Sequence record: NC_041918.2
DNA from: Geobacillus phage TP-84
Direction: 5' to 3' (one strand)
Length of the DNA: 24,000 bases
Position 1 is the first letter of the stretch. The number at the start of each line of letters is the position of its first letter. This document shows positions 7,973 through 15,898 of the stretch, piece by piece. The notes beneath the pieces were generated by a model. That model saw nothing but the letters and a program-made list of their open reading frames with translations, was not told the origin of the DNA and did no database searches. Made by a program: the position numbers and the translations under genes.

Positions 7973-10944
7973 CGAAACAAAAACGTGTGATGACATGGTC
8001 ACTGCGGATTCAAAACGATGACTATCGACACGACATCGAACGTTATGGAAACAAGATCACATCGATCGGATTCCATGAATTCAATGTCGATGCACAGGGC
8101 CGGATCGCCATCTATCGTCTAGGGCCACAAAAGGATGCACAGGGATCGTTCACATCCTTCACAGATGCCACCACATATGATCGTTATGCGCCAGGGCGGA
8201 CATTATGGCCGAATTACATCGAAAAAGACATGAAGCGGTGGCCGCATATCGAATATTACATGCAGTTTGTTATATTCGGTCCAGAAACGGTGTCACGACT
8301 GCTGGATTCACAAACGGCGCAGGATAACTTTATCAACAATCTGAAAACGGTCGTGGCCAGATTCCGAAAGGATCAGAACGGAAATGATCTGGGATACACC
8401 GGGATCGAAATCGACTGCGAAGGATCATTCAGTGATTCGAAATGGGATACACGCGCCGGGGATGATGTGAAGTATATCAATCTATTGAAACGGATTAAAA
8501 ATGAAGTGATCATCGATGCGAATCCAGATTTTAAATTACGGATCAACGCACATGCGATGTGGGGCGATGGAATCCCGGATTATTATCGATTCCATAACTA
8601 TAAATTGTTTGCCGAATCCACCGATAAAAACGGAAATCCGTTGCTGGATGAAGTGCAGATCATGACGTATGACTTTTCCTGGTCTGGATCTGCGCCAGGG
8701 CCATCGACACCATTGTGGTGGATGCGAAATGTGGCCGAATGGGTGAAACAGTGTTTTGATCCATCGGTGAATCCGAACGCAAAATGCACGATTGACAATG
8801 TGTATCTGGGCGGCGCAGGGTATGGCCGCAGATGGCCGATTCATTCGGATGATAACTGGGGATCGACAGTGACATATCGGGATCTCGTTGACTGGCAAAA
8901 CGGTTATTTGATCCACCACCTGGGCGGCGGCCAACTGGCAGACCAGGATTTTATCCCTTTAAATGCGTTTAATGATCCAAACAGTGACAACCAGATCATG
9001 CTGATGCATCAATATGACTATTTCAAAGCGCGTCACATGAAGCGATATGATTCGATGGGGCAGACGACAGTGCGTGTATCCGAATATAACGGCATCGAAT
9101 ATGCAACGGCCTATTCAAAGACGCAACATGCTAAAATTAGCGGTCTGGCAGGGGTGACAGGGGTGAAAGGTGTCAGCGAACCGACACACAACCTTTCACC
9201 ATATGATAATCCGAAACGCGGTGAAACAGTCACCATTGATTTTGGGAATGGCCAGTCATACACATTCCAGGCATACCAAACGAAACGTGTGCCGTATGTA
9301 CCGACAGCAATCAAAGATGCAAACGGAAAAATAACAGGATATGCGTGTCAGTTATCCGAACAGCCAGAAACTGTTTTGACATACACGTTAAATGTGCCGC
9401 AAGCTGGAACATACAAGATCGGCGCAATTGTGTCATTTCCATTTTATAACTATACGAAACTAGGTGGACACATAAATGGCGCACCATTCACGATCGGCGG
9501 CGACAATTTACCAGACTATTATCCGATGATGTTCAAAGCATGTCACATCTGGGATCTTGGCACACATTCATTGAACGCCGGAGCAAACACCATCACGATC
9601 GAAGGGCCTATGTCTGCACATGGCACGATCATTTTCGGCTTTTTTGCGTGTCAATCACTGACACTGGAAGTGATCGGCGGATATATGGACTGCGAATCGA
9701 CAATATATCCTTACAAAAAACGTGATGGATCAGATGCCAGACTGCCTGCACAATTCGCACTGACATCGGAAGTATTGCAACAATCGCCGCGGCCAGTGAT
9801 CATGTGGGAAGATGTATTCAGACAGTATTTGAATGATGAATTTGTTCAACAATACGGCCTGGAAGCTACAACCTATTACAGATTGACAGGACAGAAAAAA
9901 GACTATGGCGGCGGCACGATTGAAGAATGGACAGATGACGTGCTGACTGGATGTTATGCGCTAGTGGACAACGGATTCACACAAGGTCACTGGCCAGTGG
10001 AAACAGACGAAAACGGCACAGCGTGTGCAAGATTCCGGCCTAATGATCCGAAAAACAACGGTGTGACATCTGGACAGTTAGTTTTGAATTACACATATAA
10101 AACCACGAACATTTCCTGCGAAGTGCAATTCAAAGTGAAATCGGGTAGACGCGCCGGGATCAGATTCGCATCCACTGGACCAGGGGATGGATATGTCTTT
10201 TTAATCGATTATCAAACACAGGAAGCCATGATGTTCTATGAAACCGCTGGATCATCGCAACTGGTGGCCAGTGCATCCCTGGGGGATAGAAGGGCCGACT
10301 ATGATGAATTGATCACATTGAAAGTCCTGGTCAATAACGGAAAATGTCGGTGCTATTTCGGCAACGTGATGTTCTTTATGGATATGAATCTGCCGCACAT
10401 GTCGCCAGGCGGCATCGGATTCGTGGCAACAAATTGCGATGCCTATCTATATAAACTATCCATCGGAACGACTGAACGATGGGAAACACTTGAACGATTC
10501 AGTGTCATCATCGATGGCCAGGAATATAAGATGGGCGAAATCAGCAGACCGGGAATCAACCGGGATCAGTGGGGATTTTTGATATATTCTGGATTCAATG
10601 AATACAACACCAGGGAAGTCCTGCCGGATGGATCGCGGCCAGAAATCAGTCTGGACTATGTATTTAAACCGATCCATGTGCCATCCTGGACCGGGAAAAA
10701 GAAGATCACGATCAAGCTGATCGATGCCGGGCTATGGTATAAACAGCTATACATCGGCGATGCAAACGGCATGTCGATCGCATACGCAGGGGATGAAGAA
10801 TCGTTCGACAGGGCGATGAACATCGCGGTGCATGAATATGGATGCAAAGGGATCGGTTTGTGGGTATTAGGTCAAGCAGATCCGCGCATCTTTGAAACAT
10901 TGCCGGATGTAGTGCCGTGGCATCCAGATCCGAACGAAAACTAA
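7969..10944 (+). CDS. large tail protein with split GH18-like glycosidase domain and inserted carbohydrate-binding-like domains
   Basis: Start ATG 7969 with GGGGTGG upstream; 'GYTGIEIDCEG' resembles the GH18 DGxDxDxE strand, and C-terminal 'HEYGCKGIGLWVLGQADPRIFETLPD' resembles the last strand of GH18 barrels. Confidence 0.7.
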   Translation: MTKQKRVMTWSLRIQNDDYRHDIERYGNKITSIGFHEFNVDAQGRIAIYRLGPQKDAQGSFTSFTDATTYDRYAPGRTLWPNYIEKDMKRWPHIEYYMQFVIFGPETVSRLLDSQTAQDNFINNLKTVVARFRKDQNGNDLGYTGIEIDCEGSFSDSKWDTRAGDDVKYINLLKRIKNEVIIDANPDFKLRINAHAMWGDGIPDYYRFHNYKLFAESTDKNGNPLLDEVQIMTYDFSWSGSAPGPSTPLWWMRNVAEWVKQCFDPSVNPNAKCTIDNVYLGGAGYGRRWPIHSDDNWGSTVTYRDLVDWQNGYLIHHLGGGQLADQDFIPLNAFNDPNSDNQIMLMHQYDYFKARHMKRYDSMGQTTVRVSEYNGIEYATAYSKTQHAKISGLAGVTGVKGVSEPTHNLSPYDNPKRGETVTIDFGNGQSYTFQAYQTKRVPYVPTAIKDANGKITGYACQLSEQPETVLTYTLNVPQAGTYKIGAIVSFPFYNYTKLGGHINGAPFTIGGDNLPDYYPMMFKACHIWDLGTHSLNAGANTITIEGPMSAHGTIIFGFFACQSLTLEVIGGYMDCESTIYPYKKRDGSDARLPAQFALTSEVLQQSPRPVIMWEDVFRQYLNDEFVQQYGLEATTYYRLTGQKKDYGGGTIEEWTDDVLTGCYALVDNGFTQGHWPVETDENGTACARFRPNDPKNNGVTSGQLVLNYTYKTTNISCEVQFKVKSGRRAGIRFASTGPGDGYVFLIDYQTQEAMMFYETAGSSQLVASASLGDRRADYDELITLKVLVNNGKCRCYFGNVMFFMDMNLPHMSPGGIGFVATNCDAYLYKLSIGTTERWETLERFSVIIDGQEYKMGEISRPGINRDQWGFLIYSGFNEYNTREVLPDGSRPEISLDYVFKPIHVPSWTGKKKITIKLIDAGLWYKQLYIGDANGMSIAYAGDEESFDRAMNIAVHEYGCKGIGLWVLGQADPRIFETLPDVVPWHPDPNEN

Positions 10945-11029
10945 AAAAACACGGCCAAATGATCAGCAAAATATGGTAAAATTTAAACAAGAACAGGGGG
11001 GTGAATAAAAATAAAGGAGGTACAACGTT

Positions 11030-11461
11030 TTGAAAACGCCGCAACAAACCGACACGCTATTCACTGCGATCGCCGGAGGATTTACATCGACAGTGGCTTA
11101 TTTGATCGGCGGTGTGGACAACCTTTCAAACGCGCTGACGGTGTTCATGATTTTGGATTATTTCACTGGCATCCTATCCGCTTTCTATACGCGCCAGGTG
11201 AACAGCTACCTGGCATATAGAGGACTGGCAAAAAAAGCAGGGATGATCGCATTCGTTATTGTGGCGAATCAATTGGACATCATCACTGGCAACACGGAAG
11301 GGTTTCTGCGTGATGCCATGATGATGTTTCTGATCGGGATGGAAGGCATTTCGATCAAAGAGAATGTCGAGAAAATGGGATTCAATGCACCAGGATTCAT
11401 TGTGGAAGCATTGAAAAAGCTGATGGGGAATGATAAAAACGATTCATCGAAGGGGGCTTGA
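11030..11461 (+). CDS. phage holin, holin-4/TcdE-like family
   Basis: TTG start 8 nt after AAGGAGGT; 143 aa with 'ILDYFTGILSAFYTRQVNSYLAYRGLAKKAGMIAFVIVANQLD' signature. Confidence 0.9.
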   Translation: MKTPQQTDTLFTAIAGGFTSTVAYLIGGVDNLSNALTVFMILDYFTGILSAFYTRQVNSYLAYRGLAKKAGMIAFVIVANQLDIITGNTEGFLRDAMMMFLIGMEGISIKENVEKMGFNAPGFIVEALKKLMGNDKNDSSKGA

Positions 11462-11465
11462 TAAC

Positions 11466-12650
11466 ATGCAAGCAAGATCCGCGAACAATATCAAAGGGAT
11501 CGATGTGTCGCACTGGCAAGGAAAGATTGACTGGGCGAAAGTGAAAGCCGCTGGCATCCAGGTCGCTTATTTGAAAGCGACAGAAGGAACGACACATGTG
11601 GATAAAATGTTAAAAACAAACTATCAGAACGCAAAAAAAGCCGGGATCAAAGTGGGATTTTATCACTTTTTCCGGGCAAAAAACGAACAAAACGCACGTG
11701 AACAAGCCAGACATTTCGTGAACACAGTCAAAGGGATGCCGAACGATCTGAAACACGCGCTGGACATCGAAACCACCGAAGGCCTATCGAATGAAGCGTT
11801 GACGAAATGCGCGATTGCATTCCTGGAAGAAGTGAAAAAGCTGACTGGTCAAGATCCGATCGTTTACACATACACATCATTCGCAAGATCCCGATTAACA
11901 GCGGCTATCGCAAAATATCCAGTGTGGATCGCACATTATGGCGTGGACAAGCCTGGCGACAATCCGATCTGGGATCGATGGATCGGATTCCAGTACACTG
12001 ACAAAGGGAAAGTCAGCGGCATCGCTGGAAATGTGGACATGAATGAATTTACGTCAGACATTTTTGTCGATGCGGCCAAAGTGGAACAGCCGAAACAAAA
12101 GGTCGATGCTGTCCAATCCACGCCATCGGCCACTGGCACATATACGATCAAAAGCGGCGACACGTTCTGGGAACTAGAAGAAAAGTATAACTGGCCACAT
12201 GGCACACTGCAAAGATTGAATCCGTCAGTGAATCCGAACGCATTGAAAGTCGGCCAGGTGATAAAAGTACCAAAATCCGAACAGCCGAAACAAAATGCAT
12301 CATCAGTCACTGGCACATATACGATCAAAAGCGGCGACACGTTCTGGGATCTGGAACAAAAAAACGGATGGCCACACGGCACGTTACAAAAATTGAATCC
12401 AGGCGTGAATCCGAACAAATTGAAAGTCGGCCAGGTGATAAAAGTACCAAAATCCGAACAAAAGAATGTGCAGCGGACCGTCAAAAACCACCAAAAACCG
12501 AACTATCGAACGTATAAAATAAAGAAAGGTGACACGTTCTGGGAACTTGAAAAGAAAAATGGCTGGCCACATGGAACGTTGCAGAAATTGAATCCAGGCG
12601 TGAATCCGGCGAAACTGCAAATCGGCCAAACGATCAAAATTCCAAACTAA
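11466..12650 (+). CDS. endolysin: GH25 muramidase with three C-terminal LysM domains
   Basis: GIDVSHWQGKIDWAKVKAAGIQVAYLKATEG is canonical GH25; three LysM units (TYTIKSGDTFWELE...LNPSVNPNALKVGQVIKVP). Confidence 0.97.
   Translation: MQARSANNIKGIDVSHWQGKIDWAKVKAAGIQVAYLKATEGTTHVDKMLKTNYQNAKKAGIKVGFYHFFRAKNEQNAREQARHFVNTVKGMPNDLKHALDIETTEGLSNEALTKCAIAFLEEVKKLTGQDPIVYTYTSFARSRLTAAIAKYPVWIAHYGVDKPGDNPIWDRWIGFQYTDKGKVSGIAGNVDMNEFTSDIFVDAAKVEQPKQKVDAVQSTPSATGTYTIKSGDTFWELEEKYNWPHGTLQRLNPSVNPNALKVGQVIKVPKSEQPKQNASSVTGTYTIKSGDTFWDLEQKNGWPHGTLQKLNPGVNPNKLKVGQVIKVPKSEQKNVQRTVKNHQKPNYRTYKIKKGDTFWELEKKNGWPHGTLQKLNPGVNPAKLQIGQTIKIPN
12131..12650 (+). repeat. three LysM-coding repeats, the first two near-identical with a 177-nt period
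   Basis: cactggcacatatacgatcaaaagcggcgacacgttctggga at 12131 and 12308; diverged third copy near 12513. Confidence 0.85.
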
Positions 12651-12666
12651 AGAGAGGGGAAGCCGC

Positions 12667-12867
12667 ATGAAGAACTTGAAGGCAAAAGACTGGATCAGCA
12701 TCATTAAATATTTACTTCCTGTCATCGCACTGGTGATCGCAAAGATCGCAGATGCAGGCGATCCAACCAAGATTCAAAACGCACTGGAAATCTTCCTTAC
12801 TGCTTTACTGGGATTACTTGGCGCAATTGGTATCATTAAAAGTCATGACAAAACTGACGATCAGTGA
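12667..12867 (+). CDS. small membrane protein, possible second holin or holin-like protein
   Basis: 66 aa, hydrophobic N-terminal helix and second hydrophobic helix, charged C-terminus, adjacent to endolysin; RBS AAGAGAGGGGAAG. Confidence 0.6.
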   Translation: MKNLKAKDWISIIKYLLPVIALVIAKIADAGDPTKIQNALEIFLTALLGLLGAIGIIKSHDKTDDQ

Positions 12868-12969
12868 TATTATATGAAGTGCCGGCCTATGTTCTATTTT
12901 CCTGTGAACCTTCGACACGTTTTTTCGAAATGTGCAAGTGTTCTGCATCGATATTCTTCATTCTCCTAT

Positions 12970-13004
12970 GATCCGCCATCCAAACGGATAGCGGATCTTT
13001 TTTT
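12970..13004 (+). terminator. intrinsic terminator
   Basis: GATCCGC (12970-12976) / GCGGATC (12991-12997) followed by a T run. Confidence 0.8.
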
Positions 13005-13044
13005 GTTCGTTTACATTATATTTTATATTTTTTAAAAATCATCG

Positions 13045-13074
13045 TTGACATTGTCCACGATCGCATGATAGTAT
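13045..13074 (+). promoter_or_regulatory. sigma-A-like promoter
   Basis: TTGACA (13045-13050), 18-nt spacer, TAGTAT (13069-13074). Confidence 0.55.
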
Positions 13075-13118
13075 AAAGGCAACAAAGGAAAATATTTCAT
13101 TAACAGGGGGAATGTTAA

Positions 13119-13691
13119 ATGGTGAATATCGAAACAAAAACAAGAAAAACAGCCGCTAAAAATAGATTGCGTGCGAAACATGTAATCATCACAGCGGTGT
13201 TGTCAATGGTGTTGATTTTTGGCATCTTGATCGGTCTGAAAAACCTGGTGGCCGATCTAATCAATGCGAATGAAGCAGTGGTCGATGATCAAACGACAGA
13301 AACGCTGGATCGTGTATATGAATTGGCGACAAGCGATGATCCAGAACTTGACGTGACAGTCGAATGGAACGATGTGCAAGTGCAAAACGCGATCCACAAA
13401 ATGTCGCACCAAAAAGTCTTGGCAGATGTGAAATGGGGTGCGATCAAGATCACGAAAAAACGTCTAGAAACATTGTCGATGATCATCGATCAAAACAAAG
13501 ACCATCTGGAACACTATGATCTATATCGCGACATCTTGGATCGCTGGATGGAAGGTGACTTCAGTCGCGCAGACGAAGATCACAACGCGATCTGGGAACT
13601 GCAAGGCGGCACGATCGGGAAAGCCTATGGATTACAAACCAAAGAAGAAGAACAAGAATTCATCAAAAACACATTCGGTGATGGCGAATAA
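13119..13691 (+). CDS. membrane-anchored protein, DUF6241-like, candidate moron
   Basis: 190 aa, N-terminal TM helix, 'IHKMSHQKVLADVKWGAIKITKKRLETL...DHNAIWELQGGTIGKAYG'; own promoter and terminator. Confidence 0.6.
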   Translation: MVNIETKTRKTAAKNRLRAKHVIITAVLSMVLIFGILIGLKNLVADLINANEAVVDDQTTETLDRVYELATSDDPELDVTVEWNDVQVQNAIHKMSHQKVLADVKWGAIKITKKRLETLSMIIDQNKDHLEHYDLYRDILDRWMEGDFSRADEDHNAIWELQGGTIGKAYGLQTKEEEQEFIKNTFGDGE

Positions 13692-13709
13692 AAAAATTCG
13701 CCATTTTTT
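13681..13709 (+). terminator. intrinsic terminator overlapping the stop codon
   Basis: ATGGCGAAT (13681-13689) / ATTCGCCAT (13696-13704) then TTTTTT; TAA at 13689-13691 runs into the loop. Confidence 0.85.
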
Positions 13710-13720
13710 CTGTGGACTTG

Positions 13721-13749
13721 TTGACATCGTCAACAAAAAATGGTACATT
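13721..13749 (+). promoter_or_regulatory. sigma-A-like promoter
   Basis: TTGACA (13721-13726), 17-nt spacer, TACATT (13744-13749). Confidence 0.55.
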
Positions 13750-13794
13750 ATAAGTGTAAGGCAATCACGAACATGATCGAAGGGGGAATTCAAG

Positions 13795-13983
13795 GTGAAG
13801 CGATATGAAAAATGGGATCAAGTGGTGATGAAAAAGGCGGAAGCCAACAAACTGGGGATCTTTCCAGAACTGCAAGTGATCGAGGATTCGGGCGAATTCC
13901 TCACAGTGTACGCGACAACGAAAGATTTTAATACGAAAATGATCATGATCGAACGCGATCAACTGCTTAAAAAGTACCAATAA
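13795..13983 (+). CDS. small hypothetical phage protein
   Basis: 62-aa ORF with GGGGAATTCAAGG upstream. Confidence 0.6.
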   Translation: MKRYEKWDQVVMKKAEANKLGIFPELQVIEDSGEFLTVYATTKDFNTKMIMIERDQLLKKYQ

Positions 13984-14039
13984 GATCCGGGCCGCTGATG
14001 GCGGCCTGGCACAAATAAATCAAACAGGGGGAATGAACG

Positions 14040-14294
14040 ATGGAAATCAAAACACTGCCGATCAAGTGGTCTGTGCCGACTAATTACATCACAGGGGTTG
14101 TGATCGAAACAAGAACGATGATTTATGTGATCCGCAAAAACGGATCTGATGAATTCCAGGTCGATCGAATGGATAAAAACCACAAATGGAATCGATACTG
14201 GACAATTGATCGATTCACGATGAAAGGATCAGCCGGCTTGCCGAAAGCGGTGATCGAAGCGATCCAAACGATCAAAGAAAAAGGCATCCTGTGA
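14040..14294 (+). CDS. small hypothetical phage protein
   Basis: 84-aa ORF, CAGGGGGAATGAACG RBS. Confidence 0.65.
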   Translation: MEIKTLPIKWSVPTNYITGVVIETRTMIYVIRKNGSDEFQVDRMDKNHKWNRYWTIDRFTMKGSAGLPKAVIEAIQTIKEKGIL

Positions 14295-14297
14295 AAA

Positions 14298-14360
14298 GCC
14301 GAAACGGTCTGGGGATTCCTGGACCGTCTGGCCAGATGGGATCTGGTCACTGATGATGGC
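14298..14360 (+). ncRNA. candidate type II hammerhead ribozyme, copy A
   Basis: GCC|GAAA|stem III ACGGTCTGGG-GATT-CCTGGACCGT (14304-14327, includes last A of GAAA)|C14328 (GUC)|stem I TGGCCAGAT-GGG-ATCTGGTCA (14329-14349)|CTGATGA (14350-14356)|T|GGC. Confidence 0.85.
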
Positions 14361-14401
14361 AACCATCACAGGCCAAAAAAATCAAACAGGGGGAATGAAG
14401 G

Positions 14402-14692
14402 ATGTTCAAAACTGAAAAACAAATCAATGAAGCGAAAGCCGCATTGAAAAAAGGTGTGATCGTCTATTACTTCAATGAAGCGGCGATGAATGCACACATC
14501 GGGATCGTGGTCGATACTGATCCAGAATATTATTCCGGCGAAGGCGTATCAGTCATGCTAGTCGATCGAAACTTGAAACCAAAACAAGATGTGTTCGGCC
14601 GGATCATATTCGACATCGTGTTTTACCACAACGAAATATATCGGATCTGGGAAACAGTCGGCGAATTTTTTGCAGGGGAGGAAGGAAAATGA
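14402..14692 (+). CDS. small hypothetical phage protein
   Basis: 96-aa ORF, CAGGGGGAATGAAGG RBS. Confidence 0.65.
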   Translation: MFKTEKQINEAKAALKKGVIVYYFNEAAMNAHIGIVVDTDPEYYSGEGVSVMLVDRNLKPKQDVFGRIIFDIVFYHNEIYRIWETVGEFFAGEEGK

Positions 14693-14943
14693 AACGATTC
14701 GAAATCATGTTGAAAGACGGATTGGTGTATGCAGTTTTTCCGATATTGAATCCAAACTATCAAGGCAACGGCATTGACGAAATCATCGAAGCTGAAAGTT
14801 ACGATGACGCAGTCCAAAAAGCGGAAATGAAATATGGCGGATGGTATCAATCGCCAGGATCGCAAAACGAATCAACATTCAAAGAGGAAGAAAACGCAAG
14901 ATATTCGCCGGAACAAGTTTATGGCATCAAAGGTCTTTTATGA
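14689..14943 (+). CDS. small hypothetical phage protein
   Basis: 84-aa ORF, ATGA overlap with the upstream stop, AGGGGAGGAAGG RBS. Confidence 0.65.
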   Translation: MKRFEIMLKDGLVYAVFPILNPNYQGNGIDEIIEAESYDDAVQKAEMKYGGWYQSPGSQNESTFKEEENARYSPEQVYGIKGLL

Positions 14944-14955
14944 AAAGGGGGATCG

Positions 14956-15054
14956 ATGGTGATCACAAATCCAAAATGGACCGTCACAGACGTTCTATGG
15001 GCCACTCTAGGCGTTTTGATCATCGGGGCAATAGTTTATATCATGTCGGTCTGA
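14956..15054 (+). CDS. 32-aa single-TM small protein (below ORF-track cutoff)
   Basis: ATGGTGATCACAAATCCAAAATGG..., product MVITNPKWTVTDVLWATLGVLIIGAIVYIMSV; AAAGGGGG upstream; TGA at 15052-15054 immediately before ribozyme copy B. Confidence 0.5.
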   Translation: MVITNPKWTVTDVLWATLGVLIIGAIVYIMSV

Positions 15055-15057
15055 AAA

Positions 15058-15121
15058 GCCGAAACAGGACCGCTTTAAACGGTCCTGTCCGGCCAGATGG
15101 GATCTGGTCGCTGACGATGGC
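15058..15121 (+). ncRNA. candidate type II hammerhead ribozyme, copy B
   Basis: GCC|GAAA|stem III ACAGGACCG-CTTTAAA-CGGTCCTGT (15064-15088)|C15089 (GUC)|stem I CGGCCAGAT-GGG-ATCTGGTCG (15090-15110)|CTGACGA (15111-15117)|T|GGC. Confidence 0.87.
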
Positions 15122-15157
15122 AACCGTCAGACCAAAAATCGAATAGGGGGAATTCAG

Positions 15158-15394
15158 ATGGTGAAACAAATGACAGATGCACAAAGAAAGGCGATCGAAT
15201 GGGCGGTCAAAATGGCGGAAAGCCAGATCAAATCAAGTCAAAGACGGATAAAAAGGGCGGAACGATCACTGGAATTGTTCAAGGGCATGGATGAATTAGA
15301 TGATAAGCTGAAAAGACGACAAATCAAACATCAACAAAATCGGATCGAAAGTCTGCAAAACTACATCGATGCACTTAAAAGTCTGCTTGATTGA
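15158..15394 (+). CDS. small coiled-coil hypothetical protein
   Basis: 78 aa, AGGGGGAATTCAG RBS, TGA at 15392-15394 just before ribozyme copy C. Confidence 0.65.
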   Translation: MVKQMTDAQRKAIEWAVKMAESQIKSSQRRIKRAERSLELFKGMDELDDKLKRRQIKHQQNRIESLQNYIDALKSLLD

Positions 15395-15399
15395 CGAAA

Positions 15400-15464
15400 G
15401 CCGAAACAGTCCAGGATCATCCCTGGACTGTCTGGCGTGATGGGATCACGTCACTGACGATGGC
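15400..15464 (+). ncRNA. candidate type II hammerhead ribozyme, copy C
   Basis: GCC|GAAA|stem III ACAGTCCAGG-ATCATC-CCTGGACTGT (15406-15431)|C15432 (GUC)|stem I TGGCGTGAT-GGG-ATCACGTCA (15433-15453)|CTGACGA (15454-15460)|T|GGC. Confidence 0.87.
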
Positions 15465-15502
15465 AACCGCGTCAGATCAAAAAACACGAAAGGGGATCGA
15501 AA

Positions 15503-15898
15503 ATGCAAGTCAGAAAAATCCACAAAGTCACGTATGAATCAGAAACAATGCCGCTGGAACAAGCGGTGGAAGAAATCGCGCAAAGCACTGGATCGCCTGT
15601 GGACCGTGTTCGCGGACTGATCATTCAATTCGGCAAAGTGATGACAGTCCATCATGTCTATCACATCGTGGATGCCAGTGGGATCGGGCTGGTGAAGGAT
15701 GCAGAAAAATTCCTGGGCCAATCGATGGTGTTTCAACTGAAAGGCGGCGAAACCGTCATTTTGAAAGTCATGGAAGTGACACGATGGATGAATGGGGATT
15801 ATTTTATCAAAGGATATGATGATGAAGGGATGTGGCGCACGATCGATGTCGATTCGATTAAAGCATATTTCACGCCAGGAAAGGGGATGATCCGATGA
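15503..15898 (+). CDS. small hypothetical phage protein
   Basis: 131-aa ORF with AAAGGGGATCG RBS. Confidence 0.65.
   Translation: MQVRKIHKVTYESETMPLEQAVEEIAQSTGSPVDRVRGLIIQFGKVMTVHHVYHIVDASGIGLVKDAEKFLGQSMVFQLKGGETVILKVMEVTRWMNGDYFIKGYDDEGMWRTIDVDSIKAYFTPGKGMIR

Noticed and set aside
12100-12330. Additional GCCGAAAC matches as possible ribozyme starts
   Set aside because: Located inside the endolysin coding repeats, with no following stem III-GUC-stem I-CUGANGA arrangement.
13984-14010. CTGATG in the 13987 hairpin as a hammerhead core
   Set aside because: Reads CTGATGG, not CTGANGA, and no GAAA or GUC elements are positioned around it.
14841-15146. 101-aa + strand ORF overlapping ribozyme copy B
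   Set aside because: It runs through the end of the supported ORF 14689..14943, the 32-aa TM ORF and the ribozyme; composition looks out of frame (RNRTALNGPVRPDGIWSL).
14298-15464. Reading the three-hairpin elements as a CRISPR array or as terminators
   Set aside because: The copies are irregularly spaced around separate genes, stems differ in sequence, there are no spacers and no T tracts; the hammerhead core explains the invariant positions.
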